A stretch of DNA of 64,000 nucleotides. Source: Clostridiales bacterium (GTDB lineage Bacteria > Bacillota > Clostridia > Oscillospirales > Oscillospiraceae). Position 1 is the first letter of the stretch; every line of letters starts with the position of its first letter. The translations under genes and the position numbers were made by a program. Location: the NCBI GenBank assembly GCA_004554585.1, contig SFLH01000008.1:21178-85177 (forward strand), written 5' to 3'. Below, piece after piece: positions 35,300 to 43,945 of the stretch. The notes below the pieces were generated by a model. The model was not told where the DNA came from and searched no databases. It was given only the letters and a program-made list of their open reading frames with translations.

Positions 35300-36178
35300 A
35301 TGTCTTTTGCCATCGTCACCGATTCTCTCGCCGGTCTGCCTCTGGCCCAAGTGGCCCGGCTGGGGCTGGTGGTCATCCCCCTGTCCTATTCCATCAACGG
35401 CCAGGAGCACCTCTGCCTGGCTCCCGAGGGATACGACAGCGCCGCCTTTTTCCATGCCATGAAACAGCGCGCGGAGGTCTCCACCTCCATGATCCCTCCC
35501 CAGCGCTTTGTCGAATATATGCAGCCGCTGCTCCAGTCGGGGCTGGACGTTCTCTTCATCAGCACCTCCTCCGGCATCAGCTCCTCCTATCAATCCTCCT
35601 GCATCGCCGCCCAGCAGCTGGAGGGGGAGTTCCCCCAGCGCAGGCTGCGCATGGTGGACTCCCTGTCCTCCTCCTTGGGTGAGGGGCTGCTGGTCCTGCG
35701 GGCCTTCTCCCTGCGGGAGAAGGGGATGAGCCTGGACGAGACCGCCGACATCCTGCTCTCCCTCCGCCTGCGCATCGCCCACCTGTTCACCGTGGATGAC
35801 CTGTTCTACCTCAGCCGAGGGGGGCGGATTTCCGGGGCGAAGGCCCTGCTGGGCACCATGCTCAACATCAAGCCCCTGCTCAAGGGGGACCAGTTCGGCC
35901 ACATCGTCATGCACAGCAAGGCCCGGGGCCGGAGCCAGTCCATCAAGGCCCTGGCCAAGCTCTACCACGAGCTGGTCCGGTACCCCGGCGACCAGACCGT
36001 GTGGATCGCCCACGGGAACTGTCCCCAGGACGCCCAGGAACTGGCCAGCCTGCTGGAGCAGGACAATCCCCCCCAGCAGATCCTCATCACCCCCTTTGAT
36101 CCCACCAACGGCACCCACGCCGGCCCTGGCTCCCTGGCCCTCTTCTTCGAGGGGGACGAGGACGTGCGCCTGCACTGA
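35300..36178 (+). CDS. DegV-family fatty-acid-binding protein
   Basis: MSFAIVTDSLAGLP...STSMIPPQRF...FISTSSGISSSYQS... GGAGG SD. Confidence 0.9.
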   Translation: MSFAIVTDSLAGLPLAQVARLGLVVIPLSYSINGQEHLCLAPEGYDSAAFFHAMKQRAEVSTSMIPPQRFVEYMQPLLQSGLDVLFISTSSGISSSYQSSCIAAQQLEGEFPQRRLRMVDSLSSSLGEGLLVLRAFSLREKGMSLDETADILLSLRLRIAHLFTVDDLFYLSRGGRISGAKALLGTMLNIKPLLKGDQFGHIVMHSKARGRSQSIKALAKLYHELVRYPGDQTVWIAHGNCPQDAQELASLLEQDNPPQQILITPFDPTNGTHAGPGSLALFFEGDEDVRLH

Positions 36179-36271
36179 GGGCTTGCCCCGCGAAACTGTC
36201 CGTGCTACAATAGCATCAGCCCGTGGAAGGATCGCCGCTGGCGGTCCTTTCTTCTTCCTTGGAGGTGTCTT

Positions 36272-36772
36272 ATGCAAGCCCCATCCTGCCCCGCTGTCAA
36301 CCCCCAGCACATTCAGGACCTGATGGCCTTGCTGGACCAGGCCCCCTACTTTTCCCTGCTGGGCATGCGCTTTCAGGCCATCCAGCCGGGATATTGCCGG
36401 CTGACCCTGGACCTGGACTACCTCCGCCACGGCAATGCCTTCGGCAGCATCCACGGCGGGGTCTATTCCTCCCTGCTGGACACGGTGGCCTACTGGGCCG
36501 CCTACTGCCAGATGCCGGCGGACCAGGGGTACACCTCCCTGGACCTCACCGTCACCAACCTGGCCATGGCCCGGACGGGGACCCTGACCGCCGAAGGGCG
36601 GGTGTTGCGGACGGGTCGCTCCATCTGTCTGGCCGAGGCCACGGTGAAGAGCCCGGAGGGGAAGCTGCTGGCCCACGGCACCTCCAAGCTCATGCTGCTG
36701 GCCGGACGGCAATCTCTGGATGAACTGCTGGCAGCCGCCGGCGCCCCGCCCCTGCCCCCCAAATTTCTTTGA
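36272..36772 (+). CDS. PaaI-family (hotdog fold) thioesterase
   Basis: ...LGMRFQAIQPGYCRLTLDL...NAFGSIHGGVYSSLLDTV... Confidence 0.8.
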   Translation: MQAPSCPAVNPQHIQDLMALLDQAPYFSLLGMRFQAIQPGYCRLTLDLDYLRHGNAFGSIHGGVYSSLLDTVAYWAAYCQMPADQGYTSLDLTVTNLAMARTGTLTAEGRVLRTGRSICLAEATVKSPEGKLLAHGTSKLMLLAGRQSLDELLAAAGAPPLPPKFL

Positions 36773-36805
36773 TCTTTCATCCCATGAAAAGAGGCGTATG
36801 GTGTT

Positions 36806-37309
36806 ATGCACGACGAACTGACCCAAGTAGACATCGACAAGATGAAGCAGGAGCTCCAGCACCGCATCCAGGTCCTCCGTCCCCAGCTCATTGAGGAGGT
36901 AAAAACCGCCCGCTCCTTCGGGGACTTGAGCGAGAATTTTGAGTACAAGGCTGCCAAGCGGGAGAAGAACCGCAATGACAGCCGCATCCGCTACCTGGAA
37001 AACATGATCAAGACCGCCGTGGTCATCGACCCCGCCTCCGCCGGGAGTGGGGTCGCCCTGTTTGACAAGGTCACCTTCTACGTGGAGGAAGACCAGCAGG
37101 AAGAGACCATCCAGCTGGTGACCACCCTCCGCCAGGACGCCTTGAAGGGGCTCATCAGCAAGGAGTCCCCCGTGGGCAAGGCCCTGCTGGGCCGCAAGGT
37201 TGGCGACCGGGTACACATCCAAGTCAACGACAACTACGGCTACGATGTTCAGATCCGCCGGATCGAGAAAACTGGAGAGGACCCTGACATCCCCATCAGC
37301 ACCTTTTAA
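36806..37309 (+). CDS. greA: transcription elongation factor GreA
   Basis: ...ARSFGDLSENFEYKAAKREKNRNDSRIRYLENMI...SKESPVGKALLGRKVGD. Confidence 0.9.
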   Translation: MHDELTQVDIDKMKQELQHRIQVLRPQLIEEVKTARSFGDLSENFEYKAAKREKNRNDSRIRYLENMIKTAVVIDPASAGSGVALFDKVTFYVEEDQQEETIQLVTTLRQDALKGLISKESPVGKALLGRKVGDRVHIQVNDNYGYDVQIRRIEKTGEDPDIPISTF

Positions 37310-37319
37310 GGCACAAAGA

Positions 37320-37368
37320 AACCGCATCCCTCCGCCCTGCACCATAGGCGGAAGGATGCGGTTTTTTG
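37320..37368. terminator. bidirectional terminator (greA / response regulator)
   Basis: AACCGCATCCCTCCGCC / GGCGGAAGGATGCGGTT with T-tracts on both strands. Confidence 0.65.
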
Positions 37369-37377
37369 ATGGAATTC

Positions 37378-38070
37378 TCAGCCCCGGAAGCGGTAGCCCA
37401 CGCCCCAGACGGTCTCGATGTACTGGGTACGGTCGGGATTGTTTTCGATCTTGTCCCGGATGTGCTTGATGTGGACGGTGACCGTGGAGACGTCGCCGTA
37501 GGCCTCCACCCCCCAGACCCCATCAAAAAGGCGGTCCTTGGAAAAAACGGTGTCCGGGTGCTCGGCCAGAAAGAGGAGCAGGTCGTACTCCTTGCTGGTC
37601 ATGTTGACCTCTTTGCCGTTGACCCACACCCGGCGGCTCTCCCGGTCGATCTCCAGGCCCCGGATCTTCAGCACCTCCGGCCGGCCCTTCTCCCGGCCGC
37701 CCACCAGGCGCTGGTAACGCTGGATGTGTCCCTTCACCCGGGCCACCAGCTCGCTGGGGGAAAAGGGCTTAGTCATGTAATCGTCGGCGCCCAGGCCCAG
37801 GCCGCGGACCTTGTCGATGTCGTCGGCCAAGGCGGAGATGATGATGACCGGGATGTCCTTCTCCTCCCGCAGCCGGCGGCAGATCTCAAAGCCGCTCAGC
37901 CCCGGCAGCATCACATCCACAATCACCAGGGCGTAATCCCCCGACAAGGCGGCGTGGAGGCCCTGGGTGCCGTCGGTATACAGGTCGCAGGAAAAGCCAC
38001 CGTTGATCTCCAGGTAGTCCCGCTCCAGTTCGGCCACACTCTGGTCGTCCTCGATGATCAAAACTTTCAT
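37378..38070 (-). CDS. OmpR-family response regulator
   Basis: MKVLIIEDDQSVAELERDYL...VDVMLPGLSGFEICRRLR... and a winged-helix C terminus (IETVWGVGYRF). ATG 38070 overlaps the kinase stop by 1 nt. Confidence 0.9.
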   Translation of the reverse strand: MKVLIIEDDQSVAELERDYLEINGGFSCDLYTDGTQGLHAALSGDYALVIVDVMLPGLSGFEICRRLREEKDIPVIIISALADDIDKVRGLGLGADDYMTKPFSPSELVARVKGHIQRYQRLVGGREKGRPEVLKIRGLEIDRESRRVWVNGKEVNMTSKEYDLLLFLAEHPDTVFSKDRLFDGVWGVEAYGDVSTVTVHIKHIRDKIENNPDRTQYIETVWGVGYRFRG

Positions 38071-39224
38071 TACAACCATTCCTCCTCTTTCCGCAGGGGA
38101 AGATAGATGAACGCATTGGTTCCCTCCCCCTCCTCACTGGTCAGCCAGATCTTACCGTGGTGGCTGCTGACGATGCTCCGACAGATGGCCAGCCCCAGAC
38201 CGCTGCCAGGCACCGAGCTGGTCCGGGCGGTATCCGCCCGATAGAAGCTGTCGAACACATGGCGCAGCGCCTCGGCGCTGATCCCTTTGCCGTTGTCAGA
38301 AACCTGGATCACCAGGCCTCCCTCGTATTCCTCTGCCGTCAGGGCAATCTCTCCCCCTGGCCGGCCATACTTGATGGCGTTGGAGATAAGGTTGTCCAGC
38401 ACCCGCTTGAGCTTGCTCCGGTCGGCCGTGACTACATAACGCCCCGACGGGATCTGGTCGTGGAAGGTCATCTGGTTCTGCCGGGCGTCCTCCCGATACT
38501 CCTCCCCCAGATCCCGCAGGAAAGGGCCCATCTCCACGTATTCAAAGTGATACTGCATCCGCCCCAGCTCGTACTCGGAAAAGTCGGACATGTTCCGCAC
38601 CAGCTTCTCCATCACCAGAGACTTGTTGTAGATGATATCTAGATAGTGCCGCTGTTTTTCCGGGGTGTTGGCGATGCCGTCCTGGATACCTTCCACATAG
38701 CCCTTGATGGCGGTGATGGGGGTGCGCAGGTCGTGGGACAGGTTGGCCATGAGCAGGCCCCGCTCCTCTTGGGCCGCTGCCTCGGCCACCGCGGCGCTTT
38801 TCAAGCGCTGGCGGACGCTCTCCATGGACTGGGCCACTTGGTCCAGCTCCCGCAGGTCGCAGGAGAGGATCTGGAAGTCCAGGTCCCCGTCCCGCAGGTT
38901 GTCCGCCGCCTGGCGGAGAGTCCTCAGGGTAGCTGTGATGCGTCCCGTCAGTCGCAGGGTGAGCAGGATGCACACCCCTGCCACCAGCAGGCACAGCACC
39001 ACACCCACCAGCACCAGATAGGGCACCATCCGCCGGGGGCCATGGGTCTCTTTTCCGAAAAGGAAGGCCAGACTGTCGAGCAAAAACTTATCCCCGTTGG
39101 GCACCTTGGCGGCAAAGATGGCCAGCATCACGATGATGGCCGCCAGGCCCAGCACCAGGGCCAGCACCAGCATCAGCACACTGGTGCGCAAAAACTGCCG
39201 GCGCAGTGTCTCTTTCGTCTTCAT
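38070..39224 (-). CDS. sensor histidine kinase with short extracytoplasmic loop, HAMP, HisKA and HATPase
   Basis: Two TMs separated by ~30 aa. H-box LMANLSHDLRTPITAIKGY; N/G boxes ISNAIKY, DNGKGI, GSGLGLAI. Confidence 0.9.
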   Translation of the reverse strand: MKTKETLRRQFLRTSVLMLVLALVLGLAAIIVMLAIFAAKVPNGDKFLLDSLAFLFGKETHGPRRMVPYLVLVGVVLCLLVAGVCILLTLRLTGRITATLRTLRQAADNLRDGDLDFQILSCDLRELDQVAQSMESVRQRLKSAAVAEAAAQEERGLLMANLSHDLRTPITAIKGYVEGIQDGIANTPEKQRHYLDIIYNKSLVMEKLVRNMSDFSEYELGRMQYHFEYVEMGPFLRDLGEEYREDARQNQMTFHDQIPSGRYVVTADRSKLKRVLDNLISNAIKYGRPGGEIALTAEEYEGGLVIQVSDNGKGISAEALRHVFDSFYRADTARTSSVPGSGLGLAICRSIVSSHHGKIWLTSEEGEGTNAFIYLPLRKEEEWL

Positions 39225-39233
39225 GGTCCCTCC

Positions 39234-39986
39234 TCAGGCGTCTCTTCGGTCAAAGAGGAGATAGCCACAACTGCCAAACACCAGGCCGTATCCCGCCAGC
39301 AGGCCCACCCGGGGCAGCAAGGAGAATACGGGCAAGGTGATGCCGATCCACAGGTTGTGCCAGCGCAGGTAGCCAGTGAACACCAGGCCGCCCACCACCG
39401 GCAGGTAGGTCCCCAGAACCAGCAGCAGGATGTACACCACCACACACAGCAGCACCGTCAGCCCCTGGCCTTTGATCAGCTGGTTGATCAGGCAGAAAAA
39501 CAGGATCAGTACCGCCAGGGGGATCAGATCCAGCAGGCAGGCCCCCAGGCTGGTGAGAATGCCCTCCGTTCCGCCGCCCAAGGCCACCTGGGCCACGGTG
39601 GAGACCAGGTAGAGCACTCCCAAGTCAAAGGCGCACAGCAGGAAGACCGCCGCCGCCTTGGAGAAAAAGAGTTTTCCCTTGCCCACCGGGCGCATGAGAG
39701 AAAAGCGGATGGTGTGGTCCGCCTGCTCCCCCACAAACAGGTCCCCAGCTGCCATAATGGCCATGAGGGGCAGGAAGAGCAGCAGGACAAAGGGCAGGTT
39801 GGAGGTCATCAGCCCCCCCAGAATCGCCTGGCGGGAGACCTCCCCATCGGTGAGATAGTTGATGATCAGCACCCGCAGCGCACTGGCCACACAGATGAGG
39901 CTGCCCAGGATAAGAAAGACCAGATATTTCTTCCGCTTGCTCAGCTTGAAGAGCTCATTGCAGAGATTGGCGCGAAATTGTTCCAT
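39234..39986 (-). CDS. ABC-2 type transporter permease
   Basis: MEQFRANLCNELFKLSKRKKYLVFLILGSLICVASAL... with ~6 TMs. GGAGGAG SD before ATG 39986. Confidence 0.75.
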   Translation of the reverse strand: MEQFRANLCNELFKLSKRKKYLVFLILGSLICVASALRVLIINYLTDGEVSRQAILGGLMTSNLPFVLLLFLPLMAIMAAGDLFVGEQADHTIRFSLMRPVGKGKLFFSKAAAVFLLCAFDLGVLYLVSTVAQVALGGGTEGILTSLGACLLDLIPLAVLILFFCLINQLIKGQGLTVLLCVVVYILLLVLGTYLPVVGGLVFTGYLRWHNLWIGITLPVFSLLPRVGLLAGYGLVFGSCGYLLFDRRDA

Positions 39987-40002
39987 GCTCACTCCTCCTC
40001 CC

Positions 40003-40734
40003 TCACAGCACCACAGAGCCCTTTTTGTCCCGGACCTTAGCCAGGAAGTAGTCCTCCAGGGAGGGATGCAGGCGCAGGGCCTCCTCCTTGGTCTCAAAGG
40101 AGAGCATCTCCCCTTCGTAGAGGACCAGAACTTTGTCGCACATTTTCTCGATCTCCGAGGCCAGGTGGCTGGCCACCAGGAAGGTGACTCCCTTCTCCTT
40201 GGCCAGGCGGATGATGATCTCCCGGATCTCCACGGTGGCCTCGATGTCCAGGCCGTTGGTGGGCTCGTCCAGGATCATCAGCTCCGGTTCCGACAGCAGC
40301 GCCAGGGCCAGGCCCATGCGCTGCTTCATGCCCAGAGAGAACTTGCCGCAGCGCTCCTTGGCATAGGGGAGCAGCCCCACGATCCGCAGGACCTTGTCGA
40401 TCCGCGCCCGGTCCACCTGGGGATAGTACCGGGCCGCCATGCACAGATGGTCCAGGGCGGTGAGGTTTTCGTACAGGGCCGGCTGCTCAATGAGGGCCCC
40501 CACGTTCTGCAGCGCCCTCTCCCGGTCCGCTGCGTTCACCCCAAAGAGGGTGACGGTTCCCTCGGTGGGCTGGGCCAGGCCGGTGAGGGATTTCATGATG
40601 GTGGTTTTCCCTGAGCCGTTGGGCCCCAGCAGCCCTACCACCTGCCCCCGTTCCACGGAAAAGGTGATGCTTCTGGCTCCCCGGCCATTGGAATAAATCT
40701 TGGAGAAATGGTCCAAAGACAAAACCGTATCCAA
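40003..40734 (-). CDS. ABC transporter ATP-binding protein
   Basis: TTG 40734 follows AAGGAG. Walker A GPNGSGKTT, signature FSLGMKQR, Walker B LMILDEPTNGLD. Confidence 0.9.
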   Translation of the reverse strand: MDTVLSLDHFSKIYSNGRGARSITFSVERGQVVGLLGPNGSGKTTIMKSLTGLAQPTEGTVTLFGVNAADRERALQNVGALIEQPALYENLTALDHLCMAARYYPQVDRARIDKVLRIVGLLPYAKERCGKFSLGMKQRMGLALALLSEPELMILDEPTNGLDIEATVEIREIIIRLAKEKGVTFLVASHLASEIEKMCDKVLVLYEGEMLSFETKEEALRLHPSLEDYFLAKVRDKKGSVVL

Positions 40735-40849
40735 TCTAGTGTGCTCCTTTCCGTAGGGTCCCAAAGACCCACGAGGGCGGGACGACCCCGGAGGCGCGCT
40801 GCCCCCGGGGTTGTGCCCACAATGTGATTGCTTCGTTGTTTTGTGCCCC

Positions 40850-41998
40850 TCAGGCCGCCTTTTCCCGGTCACCCACGTCCAGCGGCTGGATGGTGGTGGT
40901 GCCGTAGCCGCTCAGAGTGGCGTCCACAGTGATGGCCAGGGTGTGGCTGTCGCCAGCCTGGTCGGTGGTTTGGAAGGTAACCTGAAGATCGTTGGAGGTG
41001 AGGCGGCCTTCGTTGTCCACGCCGAACTTGCAGAGCACGGTCTCCAGTTTCATGTCCTGGCCCACATACACACCTATGTCATCGCTGACGTTGTCGGGGT
41101 GTGCAGCGGCAAACTCCTGATAAGTGCTGTAATAGGCGGCGGAACCGTCCGCGCTTACAAAGACGATGCCTTTGCCGCCCTTCTCATTCAGCATGTCATA
41201 ATACGTGTCTTCCCAGTTCTCAGCGTTGGACGCATTGACCTTATCGATCAGGTCTGCATAGGTCTTATACCACTGTTCAGAACTGCCTTTGAGGTAGCCG
41301 TCCTTGAACTCCTGGGGCAGGGCCTCACCAGTGGACTGCTCATAGCGGTGCAGGATCAAAGCGCTATAATCCTCAAACTGCACCACACCGTCCATATAGT
41401 TGCTCTCTCCTACCCCATAAGCAAACAGGGACAGGCCGGCATTGACCAGAGAGGGGACCTGATTCTTGGCGATCTCCACCTGGTAAAGGGTGGAGCCATT
41501 CTCAGTACCCACTTGGACGAAGTTGTTCTTCAGCTCACCCATGACGGTGTCAGCCGCGATTTCCGTAAAGTTCACCAGACGGTCCATCATCTCGTCGTCG
41601 GTGTCGATCCCCAGCAAATTCTCTGCTGCCGTGTCGCTGTCGTTCAGATTCCCGCTCTGATAATAGACGATATCCTTCGTGTTGAACCAGGTATCCACCC
41701 CGTCCAGTCTTGTGCTGTAGTACTCCGACACGTTGCCCATCCGCCACTCTTTGCTGTGGGTGGCGTTGTTGACGCCGTCCATGGCATACTGGGTTTCAAG
41801 GTTCATCACGGTTTCCCCATCGCAGGTCATCACCATGGTGCACTGGGCGGAAAAGTTGTCCGTCTCCAGCGCCAGGGCTTTCACTGCTTCCTTATAGCGG
41901 CTGTAGCCGTTGACGCTGCCAAATGCCGCCGTGGCGGACACGGCCAGGATCAGCACCCCGGCCACCAGACAAATGATCAATCGCTTTCGTTTCTTCAT
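40850..41998 (-). CDS. exported protein, unknown function (first gene of the ABC-2/TCS operon)
   Basis: 382 aa. MKKRKRLIICLVAGVLILAVSATAAFG (signal or anchor). GGAGG SD. Acidic, Asn/Tyr-rich, lower GC. No family recognised. Confidence 0.65.
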   Translation of the reverse strand: MKKRKRLIICLVAGVLILAVSATAAFGSVNGYSRYKEAVKALALETDNFSAQCTMVMTCDGETVMNLETQYAMDGVNNATHSKEWRMGNVSEYYSTRLDGVDTWFNTKDIVYYQSGNLNDSDTAAENLLGIDTDDEMMDRLVNFTEIAADTVMGELKNNFVQVGTENGSTLYQVEIAKNQVPSLVNAGLSLFAYGVGESNYMDGVVQFEDYSALILHRYEQSTGEALPQEFKDGYLKGSSEQWYKTYADLIDKVNASNAENWEDTYYDMLNEKGGKGIVFVSADGSAAYYSTYQEFAAAHPDNVSDDIGVYVGQDMKLETVLCKFGVDNEGRLTSNDLQVTFQTTDQAGDSHTLAITVDATLSGYGTTTIQPLDVGDREKAA

Positions 41999-42094
41999 CC
42001 AAAACGCCTCCTTCGCGGCGGGCCGTTCCTTCGCCCGCCCCTATACGCTTCTTTCGCCTTTTATTATAGGCAAGGACTCTAAAGAAAGAATGGG

Positions 42095-42129
42095 AATTCT
42101 CTTAAGTTTTTATTAAATTCCGCCTTCCC
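42095..42129. repeat. imperfect direct repeat R1 (partner at 42297-42330)
   Basis: AATTCTCTTAAGTTTTTATTAAATTCCGCCTTCCC versus AATTTCCTTAAGTTTTCATGAAATTCCCCTTGCC. Confidence 0.6.
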
Positions 42130-42130
42130 G

Positions 42131-42173
42131 GAAAACACCGCGCCCCCGGGGACAGGAGGACCCGGGGGCGCGG
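42131..42173 (-). terminator. terminator after degV
   Basis: 13-bp stem CCGCGCCCCCGGG / CCCGGGGGCGCGG, followed by TGTTTTC on the minus strand. Confidence 0.55.
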
Positions 42174-42296
42174 CCTGCTTGTGCGGATCAAGCGGGAGAG
42201 AGACGTTTTCAGGCACCTGCCCCCTTCCAGAGGAACCGGAGGCAATGAACGTTCCGCTGAAAACAGTATATCCAAACAAATTTAAAAAAGCATCAA

Positions 42297-42330
42297 AATT
42301 TCCTTAAGTTTTCATGAAATTCCCCTTGCC
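42297..42330. repeat. imperfect direct repeat R2
   Basis: See R1. The shared blocks are CTTAAGTTTT and AAATTCC. Confidence 0.6.
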
Positions 42331-42365
42331 TTGCACCATGCATCGCCAGACTAGGGAAGGGGGGC

Positions 42366-43217
42366 TCACCATTCCTTGGCACAGGCCACGCCCAGGGCGC
42401 CCTCTCCGGTGTGGCAGCAGATGCTCAGGGGCAGGGAGATCAGCCCCACCCGGTGGTGGGGGAAGGCCGCCTGCACCTCCCGCTGCCAATGCTCGCCCAA
42501 GGCCGGGTCCCCGCCGGAATAGCCGGAGAACACCGCCATTTTCATCCCGGCAAAGCGGGTGGTCAGATCATGGCTCAGGGCGCTGATGAGGGTCTTTTTC
42601 GCCTGGAACATGCCCCGGACCTTTTTATAGGCATCCAGCTTGCCCCCCTGGATCTGCAGCACGGGCTTAATGTGCAGCACCGCCGCCATGGCCGCCCCGG
42701 CAGCGGTCACCCGGCCGCTCTTTTTCAAATACTCCAAAGTGTTGACCGCGATGTAGATGCTGGAGGCGTGCTTCTCGCTCTCTAAAATCTCGCGCACTTC
42801 CTCAGCACTTCTGCCCTGCTCCAGCAGGACCTTGGCGTTGCGAATGGACTGGGCCAGGGTCGCAGAGATCCGGTGATCGTCCACCACCACCACCCGGCCG
42901 TGGTACTCCTGGGCCAGAGCCTTGGCCGTGTGGCAGGAGCCGCTCAGGCCGGAGGTCATGGGAAAGTGCAGGATGTCATCGTGGGTTTGAAGCAACCGCT
43001 CCCACAGAGAGGTGATCTCCTCCGGCGCCGGCTGGGAGGTGCTCACAGCCGCTCCAGCGCTCATCCTTTGAAAAAACGCTTCAGGGGTGCAGTCTTTTCC
43101 CTCAAAATAGGTCTTTCCGTCAATGAAAAAGGGCATGGAAATCAGATAGATTCCCATTTCCTGGGCCTCTTGAACGGAAATGCTGCTGTTGGTATCTGTG
43201 ACAATGGCAGTTTTCAA
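42366..43217 (-). CDS. DegV-family fatty-acid-binding protein
   Basis: TTG start. MKTAIVTDTNSSISVQEAQEMGIYLISMPF...STSQPAPEEI... Confidence 0.9.
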   Translation of the reverse strand: MKTAIVTDTNSSISVQEAQEMGIYLISMPFFIDGKTYFEGKDCTPEAFFQRMSAGAAVSTSQPAPEEITSLWERLLQTHDDILHFPMTSGLSGSCHTAKALAQEYHGRVVVVDDHRISATLAQSIRNAKVLLEQGRSAEEVREILESEKHASSIYIAVNTLEYLKKSGRVTAAGAAMAAVLHIKPVLQIQGGKLDAYKKVRGMFQAKKTLISALSHDLTTRFAGMKMAVFSGYSGGDPALGEHWQREVQAAFPHHRVGLISLPLSICCHTGEGALGVACAKEW

Positions 43218-43314
43218 AGCGATTTCCCCTTAACCGTTGGATTCGTTTCTTGTTTTCATGATATCATATCTTCCTATTCTTGGCAAGGCGGCATTCTCCC
43301 CAGGCAGGGAGAAA

Positions 43315-43545
43315 TCACCGCCCCTTGCCGGTAGGAGCCCTGGGATCGTCGGTGCGGCCCAGGATATAGTCCGTGGACGTCTCATACAGATCGGCCAAGG
43401 CAATCAAGATGTCGCTGGGGATGTCCCGGTACCCCTGCTCATACCGGAAATATTGGGTCTGGGTCATGCGCAGTTTGGCGGCCAGCTGCCGCTGGGTCAG
43501 GTCATGATCCTCCCGCAGGTCGCGGATGCGTTTGTAGTACCCCAT
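43315..43545 (-). CDS. XRE-family HTH transcriptional regulator
   Basis: MGYYKRIRDLREDHDLTQRQLAAKLRMTQTQYFRYEQGYRDIPSDILIALADLYETSTDYILGRTD. GGAGGGG SD lies 5 nt before ATG 43545. Confidence 0.85.
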   Translation of the reverse strand: MGYYKRIRDLREDHDLTQRQLAAKLRMTQTQYFRYEQGYRDIPSDILIALADLYETSTDYILGRTDDPRAPTGKGR

Positions 43546-43557
43546 AGTCCCCTCCAT

Positions 43558-43576
43558 TGATATCCATTTGGATATC
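43558..43576. promoter_or_regulatory. operator O1 (19-mer with dyad GATATCC-N4-GGATATC)
   Basis: TGATATCCATTTGGATATC, directly abutting the -35 of the divergent promoter. Confidence 0.55.
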
Positions 43577-43605
43577 TTGACAGTATTCCTCCCAGAAGGT
43601 ATACT
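43577..43605 (+). promoter_or_regulatory. sigma-A-like promoter of the membrane-module operon
   Basis: TTGACA (43577-43582), 17 nt, TATACT (43600-43605). Confidence 0.5.
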
Positions 43606-43612
43606 GCCTGTG

Positions 43613-43631
43613 TGATATCCATTTGGATATC
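43613..43631. promoter_or_regulatory. operator O2 (identical 19-mer)
   Basis: TGATATCCATTTGGATATC again, 55 bp from O1, just downstream of the -10. Confidence 0.55.
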
Positions 43632-43658
43632 AAATATTATGTAGAAAGGAGTTCCCCC

Positions 43659-43889
43659 ATGCCCCCGGCCAAACTTCCCCCCGGACTCTGGGCGGCTGTC
43701 TGGGCCGCCCTGGTTCCCGGCATTGTCCACTGCCTTCCCCTGCCCCACTCCACGCCCCTGCTGTGCCTGCTGTCCCAGGCAGCGATCTTTGCCTGGATTC
43801 CGTCGGGGATCCTCCTGGTGCTCTCCCTGTTCTTCACCGCCGCCCTCTTCCTGGTCACACCCCGGGGGGATTTGGGTAAGGCCCCTTGA
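43659..43889 (+). CDS. small hydrophobic membrane protein (76 aa)
   Basis: AGGAG SD. MPPAKLPPGLWAAVWAALVPGIVHCLPL...ILLVLSLFFTAALFLV. Confidence 0.5.
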   Translation: MPPAKLPPGLWAAVWAALVPGIVHCLPLPHSTPLLCLLSQAAIFAWIPSGILLVLSLFFTAALFLVTPRGDLGKAP

Positions 43890-43914
43890 CACGGGAGGAT
43901 CTATGTGATATGAT
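43886..43914 (+). promoter_or_regulatory. internal sigma-A-like promoter before the SPFH gene
   Basis: TTGACA (43886-43891), 17 nt, TATGAT (43909-43914). Overlapped by operator variant O3. Confidence 0.4.
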
Positions 43915-43928
43915 TTTGATATCAAATA
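43906..43928. promoter_or_regulatory. operator variant O3
   Basis: TGATATGATTTTGATATCAAATA compared with O2 plus flank TGATATCCATTTGGATATCAAATA (1 nt shorter). Confidence 0.4.
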
Positions 43929-43945
43929 GATCGGAGGTGCTTTGG

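Noticed and set aside
43558-43631. Invertible promoter (inverton) flanked by the two identical partly palindromic 19-mers
   Set aside because: The repeats are in direct orientation as written, and each is its own short dyad. No recombinase gene is nearby. The position next to an XRE gene makes an operator interpretation much more likely.
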